DNA from: Hemiscyllium ocellatum
Lineage: Eukaryota
Reading direction: 5' to 3'
DNA: 64,000 nt
NCBI RefSeq assembly: GCF_020745735.1
Contig: NC_083409.1
Location: 10,886,978-10,950,977, forward strand
Below, piece after piece: positions 36,481-47,434 of this stretch; positions within the stretch are counted from its first letter, which is position 1, and the number at the start of each line of letters is the position of its first letter. The notes beneath the pieces are model-generated. The model was not told where the DNA came from and did not search any database. It saw nothing but the letters and a program-made list of their open reading frames with translations. The position numbers were made by a program, and so were the translations under genes.

Positions 36481-37519
36481 ATACACAGATTTTAGAACAG
36501 GCCACTGAGTCTCTCTGTATCACAGGCAGCTGTGAGGTCCAATAGCACTGTAAATGATTTCAGATCTATTGGAAGCAATTTTCAGCGTAGCTCATTGCAA
36601 GGTGTTGAGTTTACTGACTAGAACAATAATCGGATGTTTGCTATATTTCATGAGTTGGGCAAAAAATAAGATGTGACCGATAATCATTCAACTGAGCTAT
36701 AATCTCTTAAATCAATTATGTTGATTCTATATTTATGGAACTAAAATATAAACTCCTGTCAAGATTTTCTAACCCAGAAATAAAGCACGTATATTTTATT
36801 TTAGCGAAGAAAGAACTTAACTCTTGTGGTGATCAGAATTAGATATTCAATGTCAGGATGTAAAGCATGTTTTGCCACTCCAATATTTTTAAAGTGTATG
36901 GCTTCTGAATGATTACATGTTCAGAGTGAGAAAACGATTGAACGTACAAATAGAATTAGCGTTCTTATTCATTTCTATTAATCAATCAGTTTATTTACTT
37001 ATTGAAATGTACGATCTCCAGCTATTTGCCAGCAATTTAAAAATGGCAATAATTCAACATTGACTGTGAATATTAAGCTAAGTAAATTATTTGTGTTATC
37101 AAATTTTAGTGAACAATAATTTGAAAACTTTCAATTTTTAGAATGAATGATGTTTAATATGAAACGTGGAGAGTGAAAACAAAAACAACGAATATAATAT
37201 CATGCCATGGAAAAATCAGAGCTTTCCAAAGTGTTTTGTGGCAAAGCAATGATATATTTGTTTTAGTAATTGGAATACAACATGCAAAATATTTATGTTC
37301 TGAGTAATAATTAGACTTCATAATGAAGCTGACATTGCAATATTTGCATCTTAAATGCTTATGCTGCACCAAATAATCAGATATTTGCGATCATTTACAC
37401 TGTGAAATAATTGGATCCTGACTTTTATTCCAAGCTGACACTTGATGTCACTTTAAAGTACAGGAGGAGGCCATGTTTCAAGGAATTCTTGTGTTTGTCT
37501 CTGTTTTGGCATGTCTTAG

Positions 37520-37566
37520 AATGGATATGCTGACCCAGTCAAAGTGGCGTACTTCCTCATCAGTAC
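37520..37566 (+). other. Candidate internal exon of an unidentified plus-strand gene
   Basis: Pyrimidine-rich acceptor ...gcatgtcttag| and donor AC|GTAAGA; reads NGYADPVKVAYFLIST, phase 0 to phase 2. Confidence 0.25.
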
Positions 37567-39449
37567 GTAAGAAATTAAGGTTGCGGTCATGTGGCTAGTT
37601 GATCTTCATATATCCCGGTGACTACTTTCTGCTTGTTTTCACCATCATCATTTATGAATTTCACAAACGAACCCTGATTTCCTTCCTATTCTCTAGATGT
37701 TATTCACAGAAGAACAATTAAGAATTCCAGTCTCTTGCTGTTCTTATTTTGGGGAATTTACAAAATGATGTAATTAACACCTATTATGAGGGAGCTGCAA
37801 ATAGCATTTTTGACATAGAGTTGAATTACTTTTACACTCTGCACCTCAGCATGTCTTATTCATAAAGCGTGTACCTAATTTTGGATGAACGAGAGTTTGG
37901 CACCTTGCACTGGAACATTAGCCTTTTGTGTGGTACTGTTCTTCGTAACAATACTTAGAACTGAAGAAAATTTTAATCTGCAGGATAGACACTGACTCAT
38001 TGCTTGAATCAGATAATGTAATGTGGATAAATACTCAATTAAATTATACGTTATGGACAAACTGCAGGAGATCAAATCATACTCTCATGCCTACCTTGAA
38101 TTGGAAGCAAATACATACTGGTAAAAAAAATCAAAAAATGTTCAGGCACCATACCAGGGGAGAAAATATAACATGTCATCTGCATTTGATGGAGATAGAG
38201 AAATACAGAGTGAATATGCATCTGATCAAGAATCAAGTGATAGAAAAAGAAGTACATCAAATCTTAATTTTCAATGGAACCAGATCCCAATTTTCCTGAA
38301 CAGTGATGTTTTTCACCCAATCTCACTTTTGCAAAAGCAAGTTTTTTCCAGTCACTAAAACTTCATTAGCCATTCTTCCTCCGCCTTCCTACTCTTTGTT
38401 ACACTCCTACTTCCCTTGCATTACCCCTTCTGCTGCTACATACTCTTCCACTGATGAGATCTCATCACATTTTTCTTCTCCCACTCCCATCGTAAGTTAC
38501 ACTAGTTCCCTAGTTCCTCCCACTTCCACTGGCCATTCTTTTCCTCTTTTGCTTTCCAGTTGGGGTGATGGGAACTGCTGGCTTCTATTGGTCATCAGTG
38601 AATGATGAGATTGGGATGATCAATGTCCAATAGGAACAGACAATAGTGTGTGTCTGTCACTGTCCAATGCACCATGAACAGGGTGGCTTTGTTTCCCCAT
38701 ACAGAGTAAAACTTATTTTCTGTCTCTGTCTCACAGCACTTAACCAAACAGCCTCATCACAAATAGGACAAACCTCTCCTCAGTGTCAAAGTCCATGCAT
38801 CAGTTTTTCCTTAATAATTGCGAGGACAGTGATCACATTGTTCAAACAAGCCGTGTTCTATCATTTTGCTCTTTACCATATTAACTGATTTTCCAATGCT
38901 ATTAGAGGTGGAATCAGAGTAACTTCCCTTGCATCAAAGTAATATTTGACTCATGTAGCATCATTAATCCTCAGCAAACTGTGGTTAGTGGGAATCAGAG
39001 GAAATTTGTGCTGGTAATTTCTTCAATGAATAATGACAACTTCCCTAGAGCTACTGGGAACGATAAATAAAATCTGCCCTTGCTAGTGCTTTCCAAAATC
39101 ATGGATGGATTTGTCTTCTTAATAACATGAAGATGCATCTGTTTTCACAGTTTGGTCTAAATCTCAGAAAAGTAAGACCTTGTTGGTTGAGTGTCACCCT
39201 AATGAAATCAGAGCATTACAATAAGATAATGATTCCGATTATTTACAATCAGTTACTACCTGAGGACAGATCGTGCAATGTCAGTGCCACTGAGATCAAC
39301 ATTTTCTCTGTTGAACAGCATCACATCACATTGGCTCAAGGCAGCACCATTCCCCAATTCTACTTCATTCTCCAGCTAATTTGCCATGCTCGCCAGATGT
39401 ATGAGGCCCACAAGATGTAGTAACTTAGAGATGCCTATGAGCCTCTGAA

Positions 39450-41600
39450 GCCAGCGATACCCCCATGCCCTGTGCTCTGCGTTCATCCCCTCCCCCAAGC
39501 CCACCTCCTGTTGTGTGTTTAACATCTCTCCTAACCTTTCCCGCTCTAATACTGAATGTTCTGTTGTCAGTGAAGATCTCAGCTTTATCCCTCTGTGCCC
39601 TTACTTTAGAGAATTTCAGGCACAACATAATGTTGAACTCCTCTTCCGTCGTCTTCTCCTTGCCGTCCATTTCTTTCTGCAAGAGTCCGATCCCCATCCC
39701 ACAGACCTTTCGCCCAGCTCCAACACTCTTCCTCCACTGGACCCACTCCTCTGGCGTTTACTTGAACTCAATCAGTTCATTGAGAACTTTCTATGTGACA
39801 CTGGTTGTCTTAATTTCTCTGCATCCCCCTTACCCTATCATCCTCTGAACAGACTGTATGCTGTACACTTTGATCCAACCCTGACTGTGTTATTCAGCCT
39901 GTGCCGATAAGGGTGGGGCTGCTGTAGTCTGATGGACTCACCTCTCCATTTCAGAGGCTGAGTGCCATCTCTCAGATACCTCCACATATCACCTGCAGGT
40001 ACATAACTCTACCATGCCACATCAGGCTATTTTATTAAATAAATCTGACCACATTTCATCTGGAGATTCCCACCCACTGTCCCCCTCCAAACTCGCCCCC
40101 ACCTAACAATCCCGAAGCTGATGGTCCTCTGATAGCAGAGCTCACTTTTATTTCCTCCTGAAAATCCACAAACAGAACTGCCTGGGCAGACTCATTGATT
40201 CAGCCTGCTTCTGCCATACAGAGGGGGTGCATGGTACACACGTGGGCCCAAGTTATACCTGTTCCTTCATGGGGTACGTAGACCATTCCTTGTTCCAGTT
40301 CTTTCCAGCCCCAATCCACAACTCTATCTCCGTTATGTAGATGATATTTCAGCTGCTGCTCCTCTCTCTTGTCCAGAATTGGGAAAGTTAATCGTTTCCA
40401 ATTTGCACCCCTCCCTCACTTTCACCTGGTCTATCTCTCATTCCTCCCTCCCTTTCCTCGACATCTCTGCTTCTATTTCTGGGGATAGACCAGTCACTGA
40501 TATCCAGTATTAACCCACCGACTCCCACAGCTACCTGGAATATACATCCTCACACCCATTTCCCCAGTTCCTCCGTCTCCACCGCATTGGTTCTGGTGAT
40601 GTCAACATCAAAAATGTGGCCTCTGAAATGTCCACCTTCCTCCTCAACTGAGAATTCCCAACACTGTTCTTGACAGGGCCCTCAACCAGTTCTGACCCAC
40701 CTCCTGCACTTCTATCCTTACCCTCTCTCCTTCCTTCTGCAACAGTGTTAGAGTTCTCCTTGTCCTTACCGACCATCCCACCAGCATTCACATGCAAAAG
40801 ATCATCAGTCTGCATTTTCCCACCTCCAGCGAGATGCTACCACCAGACACATATTTGCCTTTTCTCCCTTTTCCGTCTTTTTCAGTGACCATTTCCTCCA
40901 GGACACCCGGATCCACTCGTTATTCACTACTCATACTGCCCCCCGCCACCTCCCCTACCCCCGTCCCCCCACCACAGGTACACTTCACTTTCCCCTACCG
41001 GATGTATTACACTTTCCCATTTACCTCCTCCTTCGTCACTATCCAAGGGCCAAACATACCTTCCAGGTGAAGCAGCATCCAACCAACATTTCCCACCATC
41101 CAGTCTACTACATTCGCTGCTCACATTGTGGTCTGCTCTCCATTGGGGAATCTAAAGGTAGACTGGGTGACCACTTTACAGAATATTCAAGTTATGCAAA
41201 AGACCCTGAATTTCCAGTCGCCTGTCAGTTTAATACCCCATCCTGTTCCCTGGCAAATATCTCTTTGCCAGGCTTGCTGCAGTGTTCCAGGACATTTCAA
41301 TACAAGCTGGAAGAACAACTCCTCATTTTCCGCGGGAGGACCTGCAGCCATTCAGACTCAAAATAATGTTCAAAAATTTTATGGACTGAATTGCTCAATG
41401 CCCCCTACCCGTACACCAGGCCTCGTTCTTACGTAGCTTTCCATTACTAAACTACTATTGTTAGCTACTAACAGTCTCCATTAACAGCTGTTCAGCCTCT
41501 TCTGTATATCAATCAACATTTTCGGGTTACCATCCGTTCTGATGAATGGCCACTGAACTAGAAACGTTAATTCTGATTTCTCTGCACAGATGCTACAGCC
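39450..41600 (+). mobile_element. Penelope-like element, long degenerate copy (N-terminal region, RT, GIY-YIG, terminus)
   Basis: ECSVVSEDLSFIPLCP...VELLFRRL...HFF, then ADKGGA, LRYVDD (about 40333) and VYYIRCSHCGLLSIGESKGRLGDHF, ending in a PLE terminus with a decayed hammerhead (41535-41572). Confidence 0.88.
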
Positions 41601-43631
41601 CTTTTGCATCAACTTTGGTTTTTGTTTCAACAATATCTCACAATGATTTTGAATCACAATGCAATACGTCATGGATATTAAGAGCTCTGTCAAACATAGT
41701 AACTTCGTAATTTCTTATTTAATGTCCATAAAAAATTACTCAAGATTCAACTAATATATCAGCTTTGCTTATATCGTTCAGATCAGTCAATTTGTCACAG
41801 TTCAGAAAGAAAAAGAAATCGATAGGCAAGCTGAGCAGGTCTGGCACCCTCTGAGCAGAGATACACAGAATTAACCTTGGTTTCAATATGACTTTTTCAG
41901 AACAGTGTCACATCATATTTGATATGTTAACTCTGTTTCTCTCTGCAGATACTTCCTCGTCTGTTACGCTTCTACCATCATTTCCTGTTTGAGTTTCATG
42001 TTTCTGGATCACTATATTCCATGTTTCTTGACAGGGCTACATGCTGAATTTGGTTACATATGGACAATGTCGTCCTTTCCTGTTCCTATTATAGTTGGTG
42101 TGTCTGTGACACCTGTGTTACGGAAGAAATCTGTTTCTTCTTTAAGATTCAAAGGAAAAAATAATATTTTTCGGATTATCCTGTGAATCTCAGGAGCTCC
42201 ACTTTGTTTGAAAAGACATTTTAGAGGCAACTGAAATTTCATGAGATAATAGAAATAGATTAGTGATGGTGAAACACTCTGTGTCTTCGATGAACGAGCT
42301 TGTCTACCCCCTCTCCAAAGGCTTTGATTTCATATCACGGAATTATTGACAGCAAAAATGGGGGAAAATCAGCCCATTGTCTCTTGCAGCTTGGAATTAC
42401 TAAATCTCGACTGTTCGTCTCCTATACTGTCCCAATAGCCCTCCATATTTTGTTATTAGTGTCTGCTTTTAATTTTAAGTATGCTGCCAGATATGAACAA
42501 TACGATCAAACTCAATCAAAAAAAAACGGAACTTAGAAGGCAAGCTCAGCAGGTCTGGCAGTATCTGTGAAAAGAAATCAAAGTTAATGTTTCTTTGATT
42601 AAGTAATGTTGAGTAGGTCTGGTGATTCTACTCAATCTGCATTCCCAATGATTAACTGTTATGTATCTAAAATATAGTTCACTTTATCACATTTAAAATT
42701 AGTTCACATTGTCATTCAGCGTTGCATCTCCCAAATGTTGGCTGCTTCCTTGTTATTCATTAGATTTAATTCTCTCTTTTAGAAAGAGTGATGACTGGGG
42801 AATAACATTGTACTGCCCATGCAGTCTGCACAGCCACTGCCCCCATTCCGCCCTATCTCCCAGCCAATATCATGTTCATTCGAACATGACTCATTAATTC
42901 ATAAGTCTTAATGAATAAGTTCATTGCAATTCTCACTTTTGGTTTTGAACTGAGGACAAAATGCATTAAAAATACTGTTTTACAGCAAATAAAACTGCAT
43001 TTAGAAGTTTGTCAATTTGTACAAATAAATTACTGAAGCATATTCTTTATGGAATTTCCAAAGTTGCCTTATTAGAGCAGTAAGAGGAATATTCAAAGAA
43101 GTCGACACTTCCTGTCTATGTTCAGGGCAACTGTTCAGTCAACAGTGAAAGTGTGTTGGCTGGCGTTTGTTCCCGTGGAGGAGAGATCCGCACAATAACA
43201 ACATCCTGATTGTATTTCTTTTGGGGGATGGAGGGATTTGGTGAGAGATGGTTATAGCATAGTAAACGGACAGCAGAGCAGAATCATCTTGCCTCTCTAA
43301 AGATAACGTCCATCACTCTCCCTCACAATTGACTCCAGTAGAGCAATTGGTGATGGGAGTTTTGGACAATAGCCAGTAATGTCAACATCCTGTCCAGTCC
43401 AGTTATATTGTGAACTGAATGTGCTGTATTGAAAGCTGGGACTGTTTGCTCCATGACTGTGATTGATATCAGTCTTATGCAATGTAACTGTGTCACTGGA
43501 GGGTTTTCCTCTCCTATCAGTAAGAGGCTTCATTCAGTGCGCTATCCCACTGTAGTAGCAGAAGCATCAGCTCCAACACTAACAGAGATCAACAGCTGCG
43601 TAGACAGAGGACAGATCTGAATCAGACAAGA

Positions 43632-44050
43632 GTGGACTGGAACATTACAACAATGGAGTGGAGGTTTTTCTTGAGTCTTTTCAAGATTTCCCCCTATTGG
43701 GAATTTCTACCACATCGGATGTCAGCAATGCTGATGATTATTCTGGACGGGGTGAAGGGTGTGCTACTAACTATTCTTGCTATTGTCGGTGATCTCGATC
43801 TCTGTCCATTCATTAATCCCATAAACAAGTTTGAACTTTGTTGCAATTTCTGTTATCTGTGTTTGTCAGAGAAAGAAACTATTGTCTTCAGTTTAGTTGC
43901 AGTCTCCGTTCATTATCCATGAATTGCAAACATCTGAGAACAAAACTGTGCACAATCTCGAGATCCCTTTTTGCCCTGAACTTATTTATGTCTCTTGTTC
44001 TCTCTGTCACCAAACCTGTCCGCTACCAGCTCCTAATATCCCCAATCTTC
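43632..44050 (+). pseudogene. Class A GPCR-like remnant (GPR139/142-like by recollection), degenerate
   Basis: VDWNITTMEW (N-glycosylation sequon) ... HRMSAMLMIILDGVKGVLLTILAIVG (TM1-like), then after a frameshift NCKHLRTKLCT (ICL2-like). No TM6/TM7 motifs were found. Confidence 0.33.
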
Positions 44051-45309
44051 ATCTCTGCGTCAGTGCTGTTGCTGAACAAACCATTGCCTACACGTTGGTA
44101 AAATTCAGACTTAATGTTTCAAGCTCTTGTCTCACCACTATTCCGATTACAAATATTTCAATCATAAAATTATTCGTCTCTCGGACATAATCATCTTCAT
44201 GATTAGGACAATATATGAATGTAGGAATGCAGCTGGATGTAATGCAGAAGGAAGGCTTATTAAACGAAAGATATTGTTTCAAGCGATTTGTTTCAATTCC
44301 ATCACAGCTGATGACAGAACTTCAATAAAACTGATAAGAATTGAAATAAAAGTGAATTTCACAAAAATAACCATAAAAGCAACGTTTTGTCTGAAAACCT
44401 TCCCATTTCACTGATCACTTTCAGTAAAGAAATCTAATGTTATTCCCCGGTTTGCGTTAAATGAGACTTCAGACACATGACAAAGTGCTTAACTTTTTAT
44501 TAGCTTGTGGAATGGTGTCAGAGTCACGGCAATTAGTGATGGTCACCAAATGCTGCCCTTGGCAGAGATGCCAACATCCCACGAAATAACAAAATTGTAG
44601 GTGAAATCAATTCAAGAAAGTTGCTGGAAATTTGAAATTATACAAAGAACTGTAAGAAACGAACAGAAAATATTGGAAACTTGCTTGAACTGAAAGCAGC
44701 TGGAAATGAGTGTGATTAATACTGTTGACAGGGAAGTGCTTTTAAGGGGAGAAGGAATCAATCGAGAAAGAGAGATATAGAAGAAAAAGAGCAAACGAAG
44801 CGAATGATGATCAGTTGACTGGAAATAAAATGTGAGATTCACCTCATTTATTTTTCGCTTATCACATCTTCCCGAATATCATGCTCATGTCGATACAAAT
44901 ATCCTGTGCGTTTCAAAAGTTTGCTTTTCGCCACTTCCCTTTCCGAATGACCTATATTAGGATGTGTTTTTACTAACCAAAAGAAATCCAAAGAGGATTT
45001 TGACTTTTACGAAGAAAGACGGAATTTTTCCCATACAAATTAGTGCTACTGCATTTTACACCATATCAGACTTGCAAATGATTTCTTAAGAACACTCTGC
45101 TTTCAGATAGCGAGGGAAACCTGTGTATATCTAAGATCATAAGCGATTTGGTTCCCCCTGTCTGTTTTTCCTGAGTGTAGTCATCTTTTTATATTGATTA
45201 ATGGGATATTGGTATCTCTGACTGAGCCAGCATTATTCACTTACCCAGTTACCCTTAAGAAGACCTTGAGCCATTGCATTCCACGTGATTGATCTGATTT
45301 GATTTGATT

Positions 45310-45810
45310 TATTTTAATCAAATGTACAATGGAAAGGTTGGTTTTGCATGTAGTACAGGCAAATAATAGCAAACAAGAAAACAGAGATCATAGGGTACTT
45401 AGACAGAGTGATGCTTACAATGTTACATGTTCACAGAGGGTGGGCACAGCAAGATGGACATTGACAGGATTAATATTATATGAGACATTAGAGATGTCAA
45501 TTCGTCAGTCTAATAATGGCAGGGAAGAAGGTGTTCCTGAGCATGCTGGTCCACGTTTTCAAGCCTCTGTGTCTCCTCCCTGTTGGAAGAGGTTGTAGGA
45601 GATCATTACGGGTTTGGGAGAGATCTTTGATGTTGCCAGCCTTTCTGCGACAATGACAAGTATAAATGGACGGAAGATTCATGATGGTCTGGGCTGTGAA
45701 CACAACTGTCTGTAGTTTCTTATGGTCCTGGGCAGAGCATTTACCATGTCAGGCCATTATGCACGTGAATAGAATGCTTTCAGTTGCCAGTGTATGGACC
45801 ATTGGGAGAC
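45310..45810 (-). mobile_element. Rex-Babar/L2-like LINE 3' fragment (second copy at about 46605-46895)
   Basis: LLQPLPTGRRHRGLKTWTSMLRNTFFPAIIRLTN, a typical ORF2 C-terminus. Confidence 0.6.
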
Positions 45811-45926
45811 GGGTTATTCCAAAATAGTTAGATGTAACAATTGGCTGTTAAGTGGATACCCATGTTCTGGTTGCTGTTTTGACAACAATTGAAAATTAAC
45901 CAATAATTTTATATTATGTCTTCAAT

Positions 45927-46147
45927 ACGTTCTCCCCGTGTCTGCGTGGGTTTCCTCCGGGTGCTCCGGTTTCCTCCCACAGTCACAAAGATGTGCGGGG
46001 CAGGTGAATTGGCCAAGCTAAATTGCCCGTAGTGTTAGGTAAGGGGTAAATGTAGGGGTATGGGTGGGTTGCGCTTCGGCGGGTCGGTGTGGACTTGTTG
46101 GGCCGAAGGGCCTGTTTCCACACTGTAAATCTAATCTAAAAAAAAAT
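45927..46147 (+). mobile_element. HE1 SINE, 5'-truncated, little diverged
   Basis: ttctccccgtgtctgcgtgggtttcctccgggtgctccgg...cctgtttccacactgtaaatctaatct(A)n. Confidence 0.88.
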
Positions 46148-46229
46148 ACAAAAACCCAGTTGAGTTAATTGTATTGCCAACATCAAACAAATGAGCCAAC
46201 ACCTGCTTCAAATGAATAGAGAAGCCATC

Positions 46230-46600
46230 ACCATCACATCAAGGGAGAAAGAGACAGACATAAAAGGAAGGAGAGAGAGAACACAGTGAGGGAAACAGAT
46301 GGACAGTTAGTAAAAGAGAGAAAGGAAACAAAACAAGGAAACAAACAGTCATGTGGGCAGGGAGAAGTCATAGGTTCAGAGAAAGAAACAGAAGACAGTG
46401 AAAAGGAAAACAGAGGGAAACAGACAGTGTGAGAGAAACTGTGAGAGACAAAGGCCACTGGGAGCTGGGATGGGGTCAGAGGGAGCTGGAGGGGGTGGGG
46501 GGTGTGGATGGGTGGGGATGGATGAAGCAGGGAGTGAAGACCAGAGAGACCTGGGAGTGATCACTGGGGGGAGCTGGGAGGAGGGAGGTGAGGACAGATT
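46230..46600. repeat. Purine-rich (GA/AG) low-complexity tract
   Basis: Strong A/G bias on the plus strand (gagaaagagacagac..., gggagctgg...). Confidence 0.7.
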
Positions 46601-46904
46601 TTGACCTGTAACAAGATGTCCAAGCAGATCATAGTCAGCAAGGATGCACAGAACGATGGCTGTAAATCACGTCTGAGAGGTATATAGGTTACGCTGCAAA
46701 GGGCATACGCTAGGCGAGATCAACATGAACAAGATCAGCATTATCTGAGATTAGAGAGTCCATTAATCAGTCTAATAACAGCCAGGAAGAATCTACTACT
46801 GAACCAGCTGCTCCGTGTTTTCAAGCTTCCGTATTTTTTGGCCTGATGGAAGAGGTTGTGTGAGATCTTTACAAGCATGTGGTGGGTCTTTGTAAATGTT
46901 AGAA

Positions 46905-47430
46905 CTAAGAAAATTCAAGTACAGGAACAGGCCATTCGGGAGTCCAAACCTGCGCCAATCCAGATCATCTATCTAAATCCGTTGCCTATTTTCTAAGAGG
47001 CTGTATCCCTTTGCTCCCTGCCCATTCATGTATCTTTCTGGAAACATCTTAAATGGAACACCACTGGTCACAGTTCTCCATTTTGAGAAACTACGCTCTG
47101 CACCCTGTTGCCCAGACTGTTCTTTATCCATGTAGCTAGCACACCATGTGACTTCACTTTCTCCATAGCACGACCATGGGAAAACTTATCAAACGCCTTC
47201 CCGAAGTCCATGTACATGACATATGCAGCCTGTCCCTCATCAATCAGCTTTGTCACTTCCTCAAAGAATTCTATTAAGTTGGTAAGACATGATCTTCTCT
47301 GCACAAAACCATTTTGCCTATCACTGATAAGACCGTTTTTATTCAAATGCGAATAGATACTATCCCTCAGTATCTTCTCTAGCAGCTCCCCCTAACCTTG
47401 ATGACAGGCTCACTGGCCTATAATTAACTG
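46905..47430 (-). mobile_element. CR1 RT fragment plus 3' tail
   Basis: GLISDRQNGFVQRRSCLTNLIEFFEEVTK...YMDFGKAFDK. Confidence 0.85.
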
Positions 47431-47434
47431 GATT

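Noticed and set aside
37860-38360. Third kinase relic or long decayed ORF (EFG...CGT; MSSAFDGDREIQSEY...)
   Set aside because: Motif spacing is wrong, the matches are too loose, and there are several stops; likely pattern over-reading.
41617-41655. Perfect RSS nonamer GGTTTTTGT
   Set aside because: No CACTGTG-like heptamer at 12 or 23 nt.
43200-43800. Protocadherin-like reading on the minus strand
   Set aside because: Only vague resemblance (ENPPV, LDR); no true DxNDN, LDRE or DxD motifs.
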